A stretch of 64,000 bases of DNA from an uncultured virus (IMG/VR IMGVR_UViG_3300042466_001057). Its lineage: Duplodnaviria > Heunggongvirae > Uroviricota > Caudoviricetes. Below, one piece after another: positions 1 to 10,060 of the stretch (its first letter is position 1; each line of letters starts with the position of its first letter). The stretch covers positions 1 through 64,000 of IMG/VR virus record IMGVR_UViG_3300042466_001057, one strand, 5' to 3'. The position numbers were made by a program, and so were the translations under genes. Below the pieces are notes generated by a model. It searched no databases. It was not told the origin of the DNA and saw only the letters and a program-made list of their open reading frames with translations.

Positions 1-1
1 T

Positions 2-169
2 TGCTCCAGTTACGTCAGGACCGGTCACTTCATAACATCCGAATAATGGTATGTTACCAACAGAAATAGCGAATACTGTATCGCCCGTTGTTAATCCAGT
101 AAATCCGTTATAATTTATGCTGTCTCCCGGACCACTGGTTGTACATAAAATTGTATTAATTGCTGCCAT
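2..169 (-). CDS. 5' part of a probable virion protein (runs off the window edge)
   Basis: Not in the ORF track. ATG at 169 after an A-rich leader reads MAAINTILCTTSGPGDSINYNGFTGLTTGDT... and stays open to the edge. It directly follows the 182..1642 gene. Confidence 0.65.
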   Translation of the reverse strand, partial: MAAINTILCTTSGPGDSINYNGFTGLTTGDTVFAISVGNIPLFGCYEVTGPDVTGA

Positions 170-181
170 TTTTTTTATTTT

Positions 182-1642
182 TTATTTTTTATTTACAATT
201 TGAAATTGTAGTTCTCTTTTATAAGTATCTGTATTTTTATCACTTATCACTTTTATGTCAACAAAATATTCATTTGGTATTTTGTCTGTTGTATCAAAAA
301 CAAAATAATACCCGTCAGGTGTTCTATTTATTTTTGTCCAATCTTGGACTTGTACTTCTGTATTCGCCCCTTCTCTAACATAAATCCTATAATAAGCCTC
401 CACACTATTTAATACGGATTTTGATGAATATGCTTGTTTTACAACAACATTTACCTTTCTTACATCAGTATTTAAAACTTTTTCGCTCTGTTTTATACCA
501 TCAAAACTAAACCCATAAATTTTAGGGTTGTCTGTTGTGGTTCCAATTTGGTATCTACCTGATTTTTCTAATAATGCAAATTCGTTTTCTTGATTATCAA
601 ATGACTGACCCCCGATCGATAATCCCTTCCAAACATCATAGTATATACAAGGAGCGTCAGTACAAGACATATTATTTACAGAAACTTTATAAACACCTGT
701 GGTGACAAGACATGTAGTTAATCCAGTAAATCCAATAACCTCATCCCCATTCGCATCCAAAATATCTACAGTAGGTAGAGAGTCCAAATTAATTGGTGTT
801 CCATTATCGTAGATATATAAATAAAGGTCATTATTTAATCCACAATGAAAGTCGTTTCTGTTATCATCTATTAGGTCGTTATATGATGTCTCTAAAAATG
901 GTTCATAAAACGTTTGAGTATGAGGAGAGAAAAACCCAACAGAATAATTTTCCGTCAACCCACTAATATTCTCAACTTGAGGTAAAAATGCTATACCATA
1001 ACCGGTTACACCCGTTGTCCCTCCACTTAATCTAGAATTAATTTCGTTGGTCATATTAAACTCAATGTCCTCATTTCCAAACTCAAAATGTTGTGTATCA
1101 ACAATGGTAAGTCCCGTATAATTTACACCTGTACCTGTTGATGAGTTATTGTTGCTATATATGCCTGAAGTCGACCAACCACTTATAGTTGTTGTTTCAA
1201 ACCAATTTGATGGTCTTTGTGAAAAAGATCTATCGTTTAGATTTGAAACCCCGAAATCGTAATAATCATACCCTACACCAGAATCCCATTGTTGGTTTTG
1301 AGGTATCCTAAAAAGTATTAAATCAAAAGATGTTGCTCTTCTTCTCCCTTGAGATGTTTTATCGTTTAATAATTCATTATCAAAAAAAGAGGTGTTTGTC
1401 ATTTTTAACGTATGGGTAATAGATGAAAATCCGGTACACCCTGTAGACACAACTCCTTGAGTCACTTTTGTTCGTAAATCTGTTAAATCAATGTTAAATA
1501 TATATCGACTATACCCTAAAGGTACGGACGAATCGTCAACTCTACCGTAAAATAATTCCACAATAGGGTTTCTCGCCGTATTATTATACGAGTTATATAA
1601 TATAGTGTTTGACTTATCAAAATAAGACCTATGAATTGACAT
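182..1642 (-). CDS. Probable virion structural protein (beta-rich)
   Basis: 486-aa ORF rich in S/T/G and aromatic residues, with a TATTTAT motif upstream; lies next to baseplate genes. Confidence 0.55.
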   Translation of the reverse strand: MSIHRSYFDKSNTILYNSYNNTARNPIVELFYGRVDDSSVPLGYSRYIFNIDLTDLRTKVTQGVVSTGCTGFSSITHTLKMTNTSFFDNELLNDKTSQGRRRATSFDLILFRIPQNQQWDSGVGYDYYDFGVSNLNDRSFSQRPSNWFETTTISGWSTSGIYSNNNSSTGTGVNYTGLTIVDTQHFEFGNEDIEFNMTNEINSRLSGGTTGVTGYGIAFLPQVENISGLTENYSVGFFSPHTQTFYEPFLETSYNDLIDDNRNDFHCGLNNDLYLYIYDNGTPINLDSLPTVDILDANGDEVIGFTGLTTCLVTTGVYKVSVNNMSCTDAPCIYYDVWKGLSIGGQSFDNQENEFALLEKSGRYQIGTTTDNPKIYGFSFDGIKQSEKVLNTDVRKVNVVVKQAYSSKSVLNSVEAYYRIYVREGANTEVQVQDWTKINRTPDGYYFVFDTTDKIPNEYFVDIKVISDKNTDTYKRELQFQIVNKK

Positions 1643-1665
1643 TTTGTATTTTTATATATAAATAC

Positions 1666-3222
1666 TTAGTTAATTCGAATATTTTCATTTATAATTTTAG
1701 TATATGATTCTTGCATTTTTCTAAGTAATTCATCAATACTTGTTCCATCTAAAGAAACTGAAGATGGTGGCATTAAAGGGTATGGGTGTACGTGTGTAGT
1801 ACAGAAACTAACAATTAGACTTAACAACTCTAAAAGTTCTTCACCTCTAACCATCGATGAGGTATTTGGATATATCTCATTTATTATTTTTGTTTGGTCA
1901 ATACCATATAATGTATTACTTAAATCCACCTTGTCTTTTCCTGGTATTTGTGATTCGTGAGACAATAAAAATACTTGATTTGCACCTAACAAACTTATAG
2001 TGTTCTCCACGTTTTCAATTGTTGTTGGAATATAAACCTCTTTCTTAAAACTTAATGGTATATCTGTTGAAAGTTTTGCGTCTAACACCAATCCGTACCC
2101 TGGTGTAGGATCTGTCGGTGATATTCGTATTAATGAACTTAGTAAGGACATGTTTACAGTAGACAATAAGTTACCTACTGATGTGAAATTTGTTGTTAAT
2201 TCTCTTACCCTTTTTGATGGTCTAAAATAGTATGGGAACTGATCATTACTCCCTATTGGTGTTGAAAGTAACGAGTTTGGAGTCGTTAAAAAAGTTTTTA
2301 ATATGTTATTTACAAAGGTAGACAACTCAATAAACCCCATTCCTTGGAATTGTATTGTCTTTACCTTGCACCCTGACGTTTTACCCGAACAAGACAAATT
2401 TATTTCCGTATCAACATCAAAAACAGATGTTAAAGTTAGATATGCGTCCTGTTTATTAGGTAAACTATATATGTTTAAAGATCCTGTAAATGCTGAAAAT
2501 TCATTTTCTGGATTTATTATGTCATACTCAATAAGGTAGTTAATAGGAAACGATTCATTTATTAGTCTTAACTTAGCTTGAGGTAGTCCAAAATTAAATT
2601 TGGAATCAAATTTTGATATCTGTAAGAACCCCCTATTGGTATTTGCTGTCGGTATTTCATTCGACTTAAATGGATTGTGTTTTCCTGCCCGTAATAATAT
2701 ATCATCTTTTTTAATAATTAAATCGGCAGTATCCCTACCGTTTATGGATATATCGAGAGGTTCAGCGAATACCCCCTTATAATTATCTTCCGTATATGTT
2801 CCGTCCGGATTTTTTATTGGAGGAAAACTTTTAGATGAATTTGAATAACCAGCATCTGTTCTGAGTTGTGCAGAATTAACATCTTCAAAATTGATCGAGG
2901 TAGGTGAGGAATATTGATCCATCATGTAGTATTTATTCCTACCGTATTTACTGGCGTTATTAAAATAAAATAACTTAACCTTTTCTCCCACTTTTGGCAC
3001 TTGATTTACAAAGTAAGGTAATAATGGGTAAAATAAAAAAGGGTCTATATCAGACCAAGGACCATTGGATAACGATTTTGAGTTTTGGTTAAACTTAGGG
3101 TTAGCGTCGATCACCGCCTGCTCAACATCGTTAATAGGTAGAACTCTAACCCTACCAAGCATTTGTGGATCATCAATCGCAATGCAGGTACCAAAAAAAA
3201 CTAATTGTTGGTTATTGTCCAT
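1666..3222 (-). CDS. Baseplate central spike / hub protein (gp5/gpV-like)
   Basis: N-terminal OB-fold signature DDPQMLGRVRV...VPKVGEKV, and a C-terminal VRGEEL...THVHP HxH tip motif typical of phage spikes. Confidence 0.7.
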   Translation of the reverse strand: MDNNQQLVFFGTCIAIDDPQMLGRVRVLPINDVEQAVIDANPKFNQNSKSLSNGPWSDIDPFLFYPLLPYFVNQVPKVGEKVKLFYFNNASKYGRNKYYMMDQYSSPTSINFEDVNSAQLRTDAGYSNSSKSFPPIKNPDGTYTEDNYKGVFAEPLDISINGRDTADLIIKKDDILLRAGKHNPFKSNEIPTANTNRGFLQISKFDSKFNFGLPQAKLRLINESFPINYLIEYDIINPENEFSAFTGSLNIYSLPNKQDAYLTLTSVFDVDTEINLSCSGKTSGCKVKTIQFQGMGFIELSTFVNNILKTFLTTPNSLLSTPIGSNDQFPYYFRPSKRVRELTTNFTSVGNLLSTVNMSLLSSLIRISPTDPTPGYGLVLDAKLSTDIPLSFKKEVYIPTTIENVENTISLLGANQVFLLSHESQIPGKDKVDLSNTLYGIDQTKIINEIYPNTSSMVRGEELLELLSLIVSFCTTHVHPYPLMPPSSVSLDGTSIDELLRKMQESYTKIINENIRIN

Positions 3223-3418
3223 TATTCATTCTTTTTTTGTATTCTTCAAAAACTTTATCGTACGCACTTTCAGTACTATCCAAATGATATGTTAACTTCA
3301 CAAGTAAGTCTTTAGTTTTTTGAAAGTCATCGTTTAAAAATTCCATCGCCTCGACTAAATCCTTATTTGATGAATTTTTGTAGTTTTTTAATATGTCTAA
3401 AATTTTTTGTTCAACCAT
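3212..3418 (-). CDS. Hypothetical small helical protein
   Basis: 68-aa ORF translationally coupled between neighbouring genes. Confidence 0.6.
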   Translation of the reverse strand: MVEQKILDILKNYKNSSNKDLVEAMEFLNDDFQKTKDLLVKLTYHLDSTESAYDKVFEEYKKRMNNGQ

Positions 3419-3420
3419 AA

Positions 3421-5400
3421 TTAGAAAAATTTTCCACCTCCTTTAGATGGTGTTGTAATACCTGCAGGTGTAATTGTTAATGGTGGTATAAACACCTCAA
3501 CCTTACCGTTTTCAAACGTCTCTTGGTTCATACCCTTAGCTAACCCCATAAGCGCCATATTCATCATATTAGGTAGTCCATCCGGTGCGTCTCCGGTTGG
3601 TAGTCCTGCTTTTTGTAAGTTTTTAACTGCGTTTGAATACGCCCTAATTGATGAGACACCACTCAGTAAAGAGGCACTTGCCAATGCAAAGTTTGGTAGA
3701 CCAATACCTATTTGTTTTAAACCAAAATTTAATAGTTTTAAAATCTCATCAATAACACTTTTACAATTCCTATAGTCGACCACAGCTTCACCTAACAATA
3801 ATAAAGCATACGCTATAGAGGTATACATCTTAATTTGTTTATTTTTAGTTTCATCAATAATCTCTAACAATATCGTCTCAACCAACAACCTTAGATTTTT
3901 CTTCAAAGTCTTGAATAGTATCTCAACAAATTCCGATGTAATTTTTTGTATTACTCCGATAACGAATTTTTTAAACGTTTTCATAAATCCAGACAAATCG
4001 TCAAACGAAGTGTCTAATTTTGTTGAAAGTTCATTTTGAATACCCTTAACCATAATTAAAAAACCAAACATGGTTTTTGGTGTCAATATTGATTTAAATG
4101 CTACTCTCGGCAATGAAAGTGCCAAATCCATATTTAAATTAAGTTTTAAATTTAATGAAGGGAACGGTATACCTAAATTACCCGTGAGTTTCTCTTTCCA
4201 AATTTTATCGTTAACTATGGAATTTATACCACCATCTATTGCTGATACTTTTCCGCTATCGCTATTTTGGGATATAACGTCCTCTAAAATATTAGCAACA
4301 CCCTGTTCATTAATTGGTAGTTTAATACCTTCACAACTCTCAAACTCCATAACCCCGTTTAAGATGTTTTCAACTTCTGGATCTATTAATTTTGAATCTC
4401 CCGGAGTTAATTCAAAAAAACTATCATCAATAAAATCCTCATCACTTAATTTAGCGTTTCCTGATACGTCTATTTTTTTTGTGGGATCGTTACAAATACC
4501 CATAAGTCTTTTCATTACCTTTAAAAACCAAGAACTTTGTTCCACTTCCACCTTAGATTTTTTTAATCCATAATCTAAATTACCTGTAATTGAGTTAAAA
4601 ATATTGGCGGTCAGTATATCAAAATTAAAAATATCAACACTACTATAATAATCCCTTAAAAAATCCGTAACAGAAGTTCTATTGTTTAATTGAGGTTTTA
4701 ATGTGACTTTAATATAATCACCAAAAGTTGTTGGTAAAACCGCAGGATAGTTTTGAACGTATTCAAAATCAAAAAGACCCTGACCAGAACCTCCTTTATA
4801 ATCACTACCTAATTGGGTATTATAAGACACGTTTACATTTTGTAATCGATTGTATAATTCCCTATCCATAGAGTAAGGTAAACTTCCAACCCCTGTATCT
4901 GTGTTTTCATAAAAAAATTTTGCGTTTTTATCATCTGGAGAATATTTTAAAGTTTGGAATAAATCTATCTGATTTACTTTAATATAAATCGGTTGGTTTA
5001 ATGTTGAATCGTAAGACTGTTCTTCAGAACAACCTAAAGTTGATATCATTTCGCCGATAATTATTTCGGTAATTTTTGGTTTCAGCGCTTGTGTTGATTT
5101 CAAAAAAATGTCCCTTAATAGGTCCACAGAATTACCAACCGGTAGGGTCATCATAAATAACTCAAACATTTGTTCTATTTGGTTTTTTGCTTCTGCCTTT
5201 AATTTGTTAGCCTGTTTTGTCCCTTGATTTTTAAGGTCGTTTAGTGACTGTACTTTTTGTGATTTTGTTTTTTCAGAAAACGAATTTACACTCTCAGATG
5301 ATTGTTTTTTATCGTCTTTAAGTGTTTGATTAACAGTTTTTATTGCCGAAATTTTACTTTTGGCTTCGTTATACCCTTCATTTGTATCTAAAGTTGCCAT
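3421..5400 (-). CDS. Hypothetical protein, possibly virion-associated
   Basis: 659-aa helical ORF in the late operon upstream of the spike gene; no motif recognised. Confidence 0.55.
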   Translation of the reverse strand: MATLDTNEGYNEAKSKISAIKTVNQTLKDDKKQSSESVNSFSEKTKSQKVQSLNDLKNQGTKQANKLKAEAKNQIEQMFELFMMTLPVGNSVDLLRDIFLKSTQALKPKITEIIIGEMISTLGCSEEQSYDSTLNQPIYIKVNQIDLFQTLKYSPDDKNAKFFYENTDTGVGSLPYSMDRELYNRLQNVNVSYNTQLGSDYKGGSGQGLFDFEYVQNYPAVLPTTFGDYIKVTLKPQLNNRTSVTDFLRDYYSSVDIFNFDILTANIFNSITGNLDYGLKKSKVEVEQSSWFLKVMKRLMGICNDPTKKIDVSGNAKLSDEDFIDDSFFELTPGDSKLIDPEVENILNGVMEFESCEGIKLPINEQGVANILEDVISQNSDSGKVSAIDGGINSIVNDKIWKEKLTGNLGIPFPSLNLKLNLNMDLALSLPRVAFKSILTPKTMFGFLIMVKGIQNELSTKLDTSFDDLSGFMKTFKKFVIGVIQKITSEFVEILFKTLKKNLRLLVETILLEIIDETKNKQIKMYTSIAYALLLLGEAVVDYRNCKSVIDEILKLLNFGLKQIGIGLPNFALASASLLSGVSSIRAYSNAVKNLQKAGLPTGDAPDGLPNMMNMALMGLAKGMNQETFENGKVEVFIPPLTITPAGITTPSKGGGKFF

Positions 5401-5768
5401 TATAAACTGAAGTTTTGGTTTTTAGAATTATCAACATCTTTTTTTAATAACGTTTGTAATAGGTCATCATCCATATCGTTTAGACTAAAATCATCATCTT
5501 TGTCTTTATTCGATTTTTCCCATAGGGTTGATTGTAATTTAGATAGTGACAGTTTTTTTTCTATGGTATCGTTAATAATTTTTTGTTGTTCCTTTATAAT
5601 CGGACCGATTAAGGTCATATCTTCAGGATCCTTTAGCATTGCAAGCATCTTATTTTGTATTCTAACTGCAGTTGCCTTTTGCTCTACAAGTTCATTGTAG
5701 ATTTCTTGCATAAGACCCAATACTGAATCTTTATTTAATGCTATTTCTTTTTTTCTTGTTCTAGTCAT
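5400..5768 (-). CDS. Hypothetical coiled-coil protein
   Basis: 122-aa ORF with TATTTAT 4 nt upstream of the ATG. Confidence 0.6.
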   Translation of the reverse strand: MTRTRKKEIALNKDSVLGLMQEIYNELVEQKATAVRIQNKMLAMLKDPEDMTLIGPIIKEQQKIINDTIEKKLSLSKLQSTLWEKSNKDKDDDFSLNDMDDDLLQTLLKKDVDNSKNQNFSL

Positions 5769-5779
5769 AACAATAAATA

Positions 5780-6526
5780 TTATTTGCTATGTATTTTTTT
5801 TAACGTTTGTAAATATAATACTTTATACTTTTTTAAATAAATTCTTATCTCTTTGGTATTCATATTAGTCATCTCCCTTAAAGAGAGTAGGACGATATTT
5901 TTATTAAACTTATTATTGTCGTTTCCGATAAAGATATTTCCGTAATTATCAAAAAGATCTATCAAAGCAATCCCCAATTTAAATTCGTTTTCGTTCAAGT
6001 TATTATCCGATACATAAACTTTTAATTCTGATTTAAAAATATCTATTATTTTTTCCGCATCTATAGTTTCAAATTCCATGTAATAAACCATATCGGGTCT
6101 ATTCTCTAAAGTCGATGAAATGTCGTCATATGATATTTTTCTATTTGTCTCTTTTTGTTCTTTCTGTATTTGACCCATTAAGTAGTTTTTACATATGGTA
6201 CCAAAATAGGAATATGCTTTTTTGTTTTTTGCGGGTTTAAATTTATCTATTTTTGTTATAAGAAAAGAGTGAGTATCCGAGTGGTTATCCGAATACTCCA
6301 TGTCCTTTCTGTATAATTTATATCTTCGAATAATTGATTCTATCATTTTATTCAAAGGATCTCTCAAGAAATTATTATATATCTCTTCTTTTTCTTCTTT
6401 AGATTCTGCGATTAAATACCTTTTCACCGCATCTTCCTCACGGACATCAAAATAATTTACTTTTTTAGGTTTTGATTCCGTCTTATTTATAGCGTCACTA
6501 TTTTCGTCGATTTTAACAACCGACAT
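5780..6526 (-). CDS. Phage late-transcription sigma factor (T4 gp55-like)
   Basis: Region-2-like motif KIDKFKPAKNKKAYSYFGTICKNYL and N-terminal NYF, as in gp55-family sigmas. Confidence 0.7.
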   Translation of the reverse strand: MSVVKIDENSDAINKTESKPKKVNYFDVREEDAVKRYLIAESKEEKEEIYNNFLRDPLNKMIESIIRRYKLYRKDMEYSDNHSDTHSFLITKIDKFKPAKNKKAYSYFGTICKNYLMGQIQKEQKETNRKISYDDISSTLENRPDMVYYMEFETIDAEKIIDIFKSELKVYVSDNNLNENEFKLGIALIDLFDNYGNIFIGNDNNKFNKNIVLLSLREMTNMNTKEIRIYLKKYKVLYLQTLKKIHSK

Positions 6527-7338
6527 TAAGATCCTTGTGGTTCGTATTTTATATTTCTATCACTGGTAAAGAAATGTTCTTTTTTTGCTGAGTTGATCCA
6601 AAATACGACCTCATCGTCAGAAAGTTTCTCTTCACTATTTTTATAATTCCAAAATATTGAACCTTCTCTCATATTCATATGCTTATATCCAATTTTTGGA
6701 ATTGTCATAATTTTAACTGAGTTGTATGTTAATCTAAGTAAAAATTCATAAACAAATGTAAGTTTCATTGATTTTTTAAATCCACCTAAACTCTCAAAAA
6801 CTTCTTTATCAATAACCATTCCTGATGATTGAAAATTTTGATATGTTAATAATAGATCATTTGTTAAGTGTCCCATATCCGAAGTCATACTAGCAGCAAA
6901 TGTTGCCTCATTTGTAAAACCAACAAATACACCTTTATCATCAGTATCCACTACTAAAGGTAAAAATACTGAAACATCATCATAAGATTCAACAAACCTT
7001 TTTACGTTTTTAAACCATATGGTTGCATATTCATCATCAAATTCTAAAACAGAAACCCATTTACTTTTTGCGTTTTTAACACCTAAATTAACCTGTGTTG
7101 AGAAATCAAACTCACCTTTGTTCTCAACCAAATTTACGTTTAGATCTCCAAAATCAAAAGATGAAAGTTTATTACTTAATAATTCTTCATCTGTATGAAC
7201 AATTACTAATTCGTTTATTCCTGTTAATTGTAACTGTAAAGATTTAATACATCTTTCGAAAAAATCGTCAAACGACGAGTGTACTGCTGAGCTTATTGGT
7301 AATATTACCGATACGTCAAATTTTGTTTGTGTTTCCAT
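6526..7338 (-). CDS. Glycosyltransferase family 2 (GT-A)
   Basis: VSVILPI start, NLGVKNAKSKWVSVLEFDD (DxD-like), LGGF and EFLLRL. Confidence 0.8.
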   Translation of the reverse strand: METQTKFDVSVILPISSAVHSSFDDFFERCIKSLQLQLTGINELVIVHTDEELLSNKLSSFDFGDLNVNLVENKGEFDFSTQVNLGVKNAKSKWVSVLEFDDEYATIWFKNVKRFVESYDDVSVFLPLVVDTDDKGVFVGFTNEATFAASMTSDMGHLTNDLLLTYQNFQSSGMVIDKEVFESLGGFKKSMKLTFVYEFLLRLTYNSVKIMTIPKIGYKHMNMREGSIFWNYKNSEEKLSDDEVVFWINSAKKEHFFTSDRNIKYEPQGS

Positions 7339-7340
7339 AA

Positions 7341-8408
7341 TTAATTTTGTTCTTCTGAAATTTTAAGTTTATCTAATTGATCTGAAAATAATTTAGACCT
7401 CACTTCAAAATACTTTTCGAAAGTGGTTAAAATTGACTCCTCATGTTTTTTAGTGTCTTGATATTTTACAGCGGTTTCTGCCATTTTTTCATAAAGTTCA
7501 GGTGATATGTTATCTTCTAACCAATTTTGTGTGAAATTAGCAACAACATCAATAATTTCGTTTAATTGGTAAGTCCAAACACCATTACTTTCCTCCATCC
7601 ATTCAGGTTTCATATTAGGAACCTTACCGATTACAGGTGTACCCGACACCATAGATTCTAAAGGGTATGTTCCAAAGGCAGACTCATCATCAACCCATAC
7701 AGACACATAAGAATCTTTTAAAAATTTTGCAAAATCTTCTTGTTTAATTCCTCTCATATCTCTAAACGTAATCCATCTAAATTGTGGAAACTTCAGGTAA
7801 AAACTTTTAATAATTTTTGCAGTATTTCTTGGGTCTCTTGTATGAATAGAAATGATTGGTTTTGATGGTTTTTCTTTTTTGGTAAAGTAATTGGAGATTG
7901 TAGGTTCGATAACATCTACACTAGAATTTCTCATGATTTCTTTTATGTATTTTTTTTGTGTTTCAGAAGTTGTAATAACTTTTGTAAACCCGTATTGTTG
8001 CCAAGTAGTACCAGGTGCTAACGTTTCTAACATATGATCATACGCTTGACACAAAACAATTTTTCCACACGGGAAACTTTTAAGTTGATCCATAACGTGA
8101 CCATAAAGTTCAGGTACAACAATAAAATCTTCAGGAGATATTGCTAAATTTTGACCTTCAATCGGTTGGTGAGGTAAGGTCATATATTCTTCACCTAGCC
8201 ATTCAGATACTCCACTATATTCTTTACTTTCGTGAATGATAATTACGTTATAGTTTTTTCTGAATAGGGTCATTGCCATTTCATACGTATACGCAATCGA
8301 CGCCTTTGCGTTACCCTTTGTGTCTTGTACTAAGAAATAAATCCTAGCGGTTTTGTTTTTTAAATTTTCGATTGACAACTCAACCTTTTCTACTTTTTCT
8401 ACTTCCAT
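7341..8408 (-). CDS. GT-B fold glycosyltransferase (GT4-like)
   Basis: ESAFGTYPLESMVSGTPVIG matches the E-x7-E motif of GT4 enzymes. Confidence 0.75.
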   Translation of the reverse strand: MEVEKVEKVELSIENLKNKTARIYFLVQDTKGNAKASIAYTYEMAMTLFRKNYNVIIIHESKEYSGVSEWLGEEYMTLPHQPIEGQNLAISPEDFIVVPELYGHVMDQLKSFPCGKIVLCQAYDHMLETLAPGTTWQQYGFTKVITTSETQKKYIKEIMRNSSVDVIEPTISNYFTKKEKPSKPIISIHTRDPRNTAKIIKSFYLKFPQFRWITFRDMRGIKQEDFAKFLKDSYVSVWVDDESAFGTYPLESMVSGTPVIGKVPNMKPEWMEESNGVWTYQLNEIIDVVANFTQNWLEDNISPELYEKMAETAVKYQDTKKHEESILTTFEKYFEVRSKLFSDQLDKLKISEEQN

Positions 8409-8412
8409 TTTT

Positions 8413-8700
8413 TTAAAGTGTTTTTAGTATGCTGTTTATTAATAAAGTGTTAAATGCGATTTTGAACGGAATACTTAGGTCTTTGGCTCCGTGAGCCCCC
8501 AATCCCTCATCCAATTCCTCTCTTTCCGTTAATATAACGTCAATCAATCCTTTAAAGGTTTCAAATCGAGTTACACTAATTTGTTGATCCATTGGTTCGG
8601 TTCCTCCTGTTACTACGGGAAGCATTGATTTTTCGTAACTAACTTGTTTTTCGAGTTCGTTAATATCTAAATAGTAATTTTCCCCTAAAAATTTTAACAT
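8413..8700 (-). CDS. Hypothetical protein
   Basis: 95-aa ORF coupled within the operon. Confidence 0.6.
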   Translation of the reverse strand: MLKFLGENYYLDINELEKQVSYEKSMLPVVTGGTEPMDQQISVTRFETFKGLIDVILTEREELDEGLGAHGAKDLSIPFKIAFNTLLINSILKTL

Positions 8701-9341
8701 ATATTTAATTTTTGTAAAACTTCGTCAAACTCCTTCAATGTTGAAATTTCATATTCACAGTCGACATTTTTATTATAATTCGTGTTGTACTTAACTACGA
8801 TTTTATCCTTTGGTTTTTCTAATAGTAGGTTAGGATTTGATGTAAGTAAAACGTCAATTTCATTCCACATTGAATTTATTGTAACATTTGAGTAAAATTT
8901 TATCTTTTCTAACTGACACCCAAACTTAGATAGAAAAAAAAGTGATGCGGGTTTTGATCTACCCATCTCGTCAGAAACAATTAACAACTCATTATTATCC
9001 CTATATTTTAAGTACACGTCGTTTAGGTCGTTAAAGGTAAACGTCTCAGTAGATCCGGCATGACCAAATATCTGCATCGCAAAATCTTCATACATAAACG
9101 AATATAACTCATTTTCATCGTTAAATCTAAAATGATCCATTAAGTTTAAAGACGTAACATCACTCAAAATTTTATATTCGAATTCTTCTGAAGACACTAA
9201 TTCTTCGGTATTTCCAGATATGTCAACATCAAATGTTTTTGAGTCATCATCTTTTTCCTCAATCATATGTTTTTCATATAACTGAGTAAATTTACTAATG
9301 GTATCTCTTAATACTCCGTTAATCTCAATCCCTATTCTCAT
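8694..9341 (-). CDS. 5'(3')-deoxyribonucleotidase (NT5C)-like HAD protein with a degenerate catalytic motif
   Basis: MRIGIEINGVLRD aligns with the NT5C start IxIDxDGVLxD, but has E and N in place of the two Asp; C-terminal YN motif present. Confidence 0.6.
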   Translation of the reverse strand: MRIGIEINGVLRDTISKFTQLYEKHMIEEKDDDSKTFDVDISGNTEELVSSEEFEYKILSDVTSLNLMDHFRFNDENELYSFMYEDFAMQIFGHAGSTETFTFNDLNDVYLKYRDNNELLIVSDEMGRSKPASLFFLSKFGCQLEKIKFYSNVTINSMWNEIDVLLTSNPNLLLEKPKDKIVVKYNTNYNKNVDCEYEISTLKEFDEVLQKLNIC

Positions 9342-10059
9342 CGTATTTTTTTAATATTTTAGTAATTAGTGGGTTTCTAACCACATCCTCATCTCCAAAC
9401 TCAAACACACCAACATCAGGTACGCCTTTAAATTTATGTATTGCGTCGTACAATCCTGATTGTTTTTTATCTCGGTATCTATCCGTTTGTTCAATGTCAC
9501 CTGAGATAAAGAATTTACTATTAAATCCGATCCTTGTCAATAGTAATTTCATTTGATTCGGACTTGAGTTTTGTGATTCTTCAAAAATAAGAATGGTATT
9601 ATCTATATTCATACCTCTCATATACGCTAATGCGAATACCTCAATAATTTCAGCTTCCTTTAATTTCTCCCTTGATTCCTTACCTATAATTTTATTAAGT
9701 AGGTAATAAGACGGAAAAATATATGGATCTAATTTCTCCTCCAAGTTTCCAGGTAGTGACCCTAACTTTTCTTCCGCTTCAACTGCCGGTCTAACTATTA
9801 CTAATTTTTCGTATCCATTGTTTGGATCCATAAGTAAATCAACCGCCGCTTTCATTGCAATATATGATTTACCAACACCTGCGGGCCCTGAACAAATCGT
9901 TATTTGATTGTTTCTAAGTAAATTGTAATAATCTTCTTGGTGACTTGTTAGGAATTTGTTTTTTTGTTTTTTCTTAATGATTGAATTAATGAAGTCCTTT
10001 TTTGAAAATGACTTAATCTCACTATCTTCAGTTTGTGGTTGTACTTTTCTTCTTGTCAT
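9325..10059 (-). CDS. phoH: PhoH-family ATPase
   Basis: GPAGVGKS Walker A, VRPAVE, LGSLPG, YMRG, EESQN, LLTRIG, GDIEQ and DVVRNPL. Confidence 0.92.
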   Translation of the reverse strand: MTRRKVQPQTEDSEIKSFSKKDFINSIIKKKQKNKFLTSHQEDYYNLLRNNQITICSGPAGVGKSYIAMKAAVDLLMDPNNGYEKLVIVRPAVEAEEKLGSLPGNLEEKLDPYIFPSYYLLNKIIGKESREKLKEAEIIEVFALAYMRGMNIDNTILIFEESQNSSPNQMKLLLTRIGFNSKFFISGDIEQTDRYRDKKQSGLYDAIHKFKGVPDVGVFEFGDEDVVRNPLITKILKKYDENRD

Positions 10060-10060
10060 G

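Noticed and set aside
4070..4573. 167-aa plus-strand ORF and other antisense ORFs (e.g. 40902, 52287, 55729, 63013)
   Set aside because: They are shadow frames lying opposite well-supported genes, with no recognisable motifs.
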